Source of the DNA: a virus
Lineage: Duplodnaviria; Caudoviricetes
IMG/VR virus record: IMGVR_UViG_3300022660_000081
Coordinates: 2,500-66,499 of that record
Length of the DNA stretch: 64,000 nt
Direction: 5' to 3' (one strand)
Positions within the stretch are counted from its first letter, which is position 1. The number at the start of each line of letters is the position of its first letter. This document shows positions 60,827 to 64,000 of this stretch, piece after piece. The notes below the pieces were generated by a model, which worked only from the letters and a program-made list of their open reading frames with translations, was not told the DNA's origin and searched no databases. The translations under genes were made by a program, and so were the position numbers.

Positions 60827-62027
60827 ATGAAAAAATCACAAATCGCTGAATTATATGAGAAATACATATGAGAAAAATGCAGTAGAACAACTTATTACAA
60901 GAATATTAGAGCTTGAATGTCGCCATTAGAAGCTTTGAAGAAAACACCGAAAGAAAAAAGATATAAGAAGTGAAAGATTTCATCTGTAAAGTTCCCCAAA
61001 GAGCTTGAACGATATTATCAGCAAGAATGACCGAAAGCAAAGAAAGATAGATTCTATCAAAGACTATATCAATGACGAAGTAAAGAAGAAGCAATAAAAG
61101 TAGATTTCTGAATTCATTATACGAAGCTTCCGAAGAAGAAAACACCAGTATATGCCAGACCTTTCAAGCTTCCAGTAATCAAGAAAAAGAACAAAGACTA
61201 TACAGAAATCAGAATCAGATATTCAAAGGAAGAATGAGATGTAATCAAGAAAGAATATGAAAGAATAATAGAAGAAATTGAGCAACAAATCTTATATGAA
61301 GAAGATGTAAGTTCTATAAGAGAACTGAATAAAAAGATAGACCAGCTAAAAGCTGAATATGAACTATTTATATCTTATCAAAAGACAGATGAATCAATGT
61401 AGAATCTGCAACAAAATTATTCCAGAAAGATTTAATTGATGACCAGCTTTACGATGTTCGAAATGTAGAACAGAAGTCGATAAAGTCTTCAAAGCTTTCA
61501 AGCAAGAACTTGTATCAGAAAACAATGAATTAAGAAACAAGTGTTTCATAACTGATGAGCAGTTCAGAAACCTTGAAAGAGAATACATATCATTGAAGCA
61601 AAGATACGAACTATTACGAGAACAAGACTGTGTGAATCTGAATGATAATTTGAGATTGAAGAAAGAGAACGACAAGCTTTCAAAGTGAGTAGAAAGATTA
61701 TTCAAGAAAATACAGAATCTTGAAGAATGAAAGCCAAACGCTTCTGATTATGAAGTAGTTGCTTTGAGAATCAAGAATCAAGATTTGGAAGAAGAAAACA
61801 AGAAGCTAAAAGAAGATGATGAGAAATTAGAATCAGCTGTTTGAGATTTAGTAAGAGAAAAAAGGAAGTTAGAAAAAGAAATAGAACAATGGAAGAATGC
61901 GAACAAAACATTGAGAATGCACGATTCTAAAATGGAAGCAGAAAACAAATGACTGAAAAAGATTCAAATATGCTGAAAGTCAGTAGAAGAACGAATAGAA
62001 GAAGATAAGAAAGTTGTAAGAGAATAA
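60827..62027 (+). other. Two ORFs: 60827..61402 (repeated Y.R...G(W)S.EEA motifs) and 61389..62027 (Zn finger + coiled coil)
   Basis: Manual translation; CRICNK...CSKC in the second. Confidence 0.6.
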
Positions 62028-63886
62028 TCAGATTTATATTATTAATTATTACAGAGCGATGAAAAAAGGAATAAACTATAAGAAATTAAAAAATTCAGAA
62101 TTAGAAAGAATATGTAAACAGATAAACGACTATAAAATGCACTGACTGTATTTTTGGTATTGTGGCTAATCAGATTTATATGTTTATTAATACCTAATGA
62201 AAAAAGAAGACATAATACTGATTGTATTTATGATTATTATGGTTATATTCACTTGTTATTTATACAATTTGAGATTTAGTCAATCAGACCTTTATATTAT
62301 TACCATAGACTAATGGAAAAACTTATAGAGTTATTAAATGAGTATGAAACACCAAGAAGCTGAATAGTATTTAAGAGTTATGATGATTATGATTGAACTT
62401 TCTATTGAGTAGATTGTGATTGAGAAACAGAAATAGCTTGGAGTGATAGTTATATATGCAGTAAGAAATTCTGATTTATAGAATGGCTTGTAGAGAATGA
62501 GAAAATAAATGAAGAAAAAGTAAAAAAAGAAGCTGAATATTATTGGACAGATGAATACGATGTATATGTGTGATATGTATTTTATCATAGATTACTAATG
62601 CTACTTTCTATTCAAGACAAACCTATTAAAGATTTAATTAGTTATTTGAAGTAATCAGATTTATTTACTTAATTTAATAACCTATGGAAAAGAGAAAAGA
62701 AAAAGCAGATTTAGAACAGCTATTGAATAGCTTGATAGAGAAGGGGTGGAAACCTTTTGGAGATAATGCAATCAAATTTGATTATGACTGAATGAAAACT
62801 CGTTACTGATATTGAGCTATAACATATTTATATAGAGATAGTTATATTGATGACTATTGAGATAAAGTTGAATATGAAGAATGGAAACACCAATTCAATA
62901 ATAGAGAATTAGTAAGTAAAGAAAGCTGACTATGGCAATTCGTGTGTGAGAATGGAATGATAAATGCAAACGACACCCCAGAAGAAAATGCAATAAATTA
63001 TTGGAGATATAATAGAGAAGACCTAACAGAATGGCGATATATGAGAAATTATCAATACCGACTAATAGAAAGTTCCTTGAAAGATGAGAGTGAGCTTAAA
63101 GACTTTTTACTTCAAAACATTAAGGTATGAAACGAAGATTAAAAAAATTCAAAAGCCATAAAGTCACTGGTTGAGAATATTGGAAACCATACTACAAGAA
63201 ATGGTTGCGATGGAAAGAAAAGAAATCTGAATTATGATTTGAGTTTGAATATGAATTAAATGAGATATGAAATATAGCAATTCCAGATATTAGGAGATGG
63301 GACAAAGAAGTAAAACATATAATCGTAGATAATGTATTTGATGTATTCATACTTTGAGATTGAAGAATTGTAACACTTTAGACTAATCAGACTTTTATAT
63401 TATTTACCCTTAGAAAATGAAAAAAGAAAAATCTGACATTAAACTTAGGGAATATAAGCAACCACTATTTCTATATGATTTATTAGAGCATTGAAAATGT
63501 TATAGTAGGTGCGAAATAGAAAATCAATGATGGTATGAAATAGATGGCTATGCTATAACAAGTAGAGATGTAGCAATGTATAAAAAAATGTCACAATTAT
63601 TACAGCAATGAAAGAAAATTGAGCCAATAAACAGTATGTATAGTGCCTTCTTATACAAAGACTAATCAGACTTTTATATTATTTACCTATGGAGATGAAA
63701 GATTTAGAAAAAGAATTAGAAAAATCTGTATGAGAAATAATTATAGACCTACAAAGAGAGATTAGAGAATTAGAAGAAGAAAATAAAAAGCTGAAAAAAA
63801 TTCTGAATAGAATTAAAGAGCTATATGAAGATGAAGAAGAAGCTGAATTGTTGAATTATTTAGACGAAAATTTAGACGAGATTTAG
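62025..63886 (+). other. Cassette array of small ORFs (~62059, ~62197, 62313..62654, 62684..63142, 63127..63381, 63417..63665, 63689..63886) separated by TAATCAGA boundary motifs
   Basis: Motif at 62025, 62167, 62281 (CAA variant), 62652, 63384 and 63663; codon style switches back to phage A-like. Confidence 0.65.
62936..63430. repeat. ~495-bp direct repeat, copy 2
   Basis: Matches 28710-29204. Confidence 0.9.
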
Positions 63887-63906
63887 ACGAGATTTAGACG
63901 AGATTT
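63858..63906. repeat. 11-bp tandem repeat ATTTAGACGAG (three exact copies, one variant, one partial)
   Basis: Exact copies at 63870, 63881 and 63892. Confidence 0.85.
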
Positions 63907-63913
63907 CAGATAT

Positions 63914-63989
63914 GGTATACGTGGTTTAATGGTTAGAACGCTGGTCTGTGGAACTAGAAGTAGCAGTTCAATTCTGCTCGTATACCCCA
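63914..63989 (+). tRNA. tRNA-His (GUG)
   Basis: G-1, acceptor stem GTATACG/CGTATAC, C73, encoded CCA; anticodon loop CTGTGGA; T-arm AGCAG-TTCAATT-CTGCT. Confidence 0.95.
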
Positions 63990-64000
63990 TATATTAATCA

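Noticed and set aside
62025-63700. Recurring TAATCAGA motif as a CRISPR repeat
   Set aside because: Intervals are 114-730 bp coding ORFs of unequal length, the motif is degenerate, and there are no cas genes.

Overview
Phage DNA from an Absconditabacteria (SR1)-type host. The supplied ORF track (standard code) is misleading. Genes read through TGA as Gly, and CGA (probably also CGG) reads as Trp, as shown by conserved motifs and by homologous gene pairs inside the window. With that code, two different tailed-phage gene sets appear. Phage A (1 to ~27.4 kb) is podovirus-like: its leftward late operon has TerS, TerL, portal, scaffold, major capsid, adaptor, closure and two large ejection proteins; its rightward early arm is extremely AT-rich and leads to an HTH initiator with iterons, a DnaB-like helicase, NinG, SSB, HNH and a membrane glycosidase. 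Phage B (~27.4-62 kb) is an HK97/siphovirus-like module with a C5 methyltransferase, terminase, head and tail genes, holin, peptidase lysin, tyrosine recombinase and a replication initiator; it is bracketed by a ~495-bp direct repeat whose copies lie 34,226 bp apart. The window ends in small gene cassettes with a conserved boundary motif and a tRNA-His. The standout is an invertible tail-fibre switch in phage B: a perfect 23-bp inverted repeat with dif-like 11-6-11 structure (49702-49724 / 51471-51493) flanks two convergent, homologous, in-frame alternative C-termini, and there is no adjacent invertase. All product calls come from manual translation and motif recognition; no database search was run.
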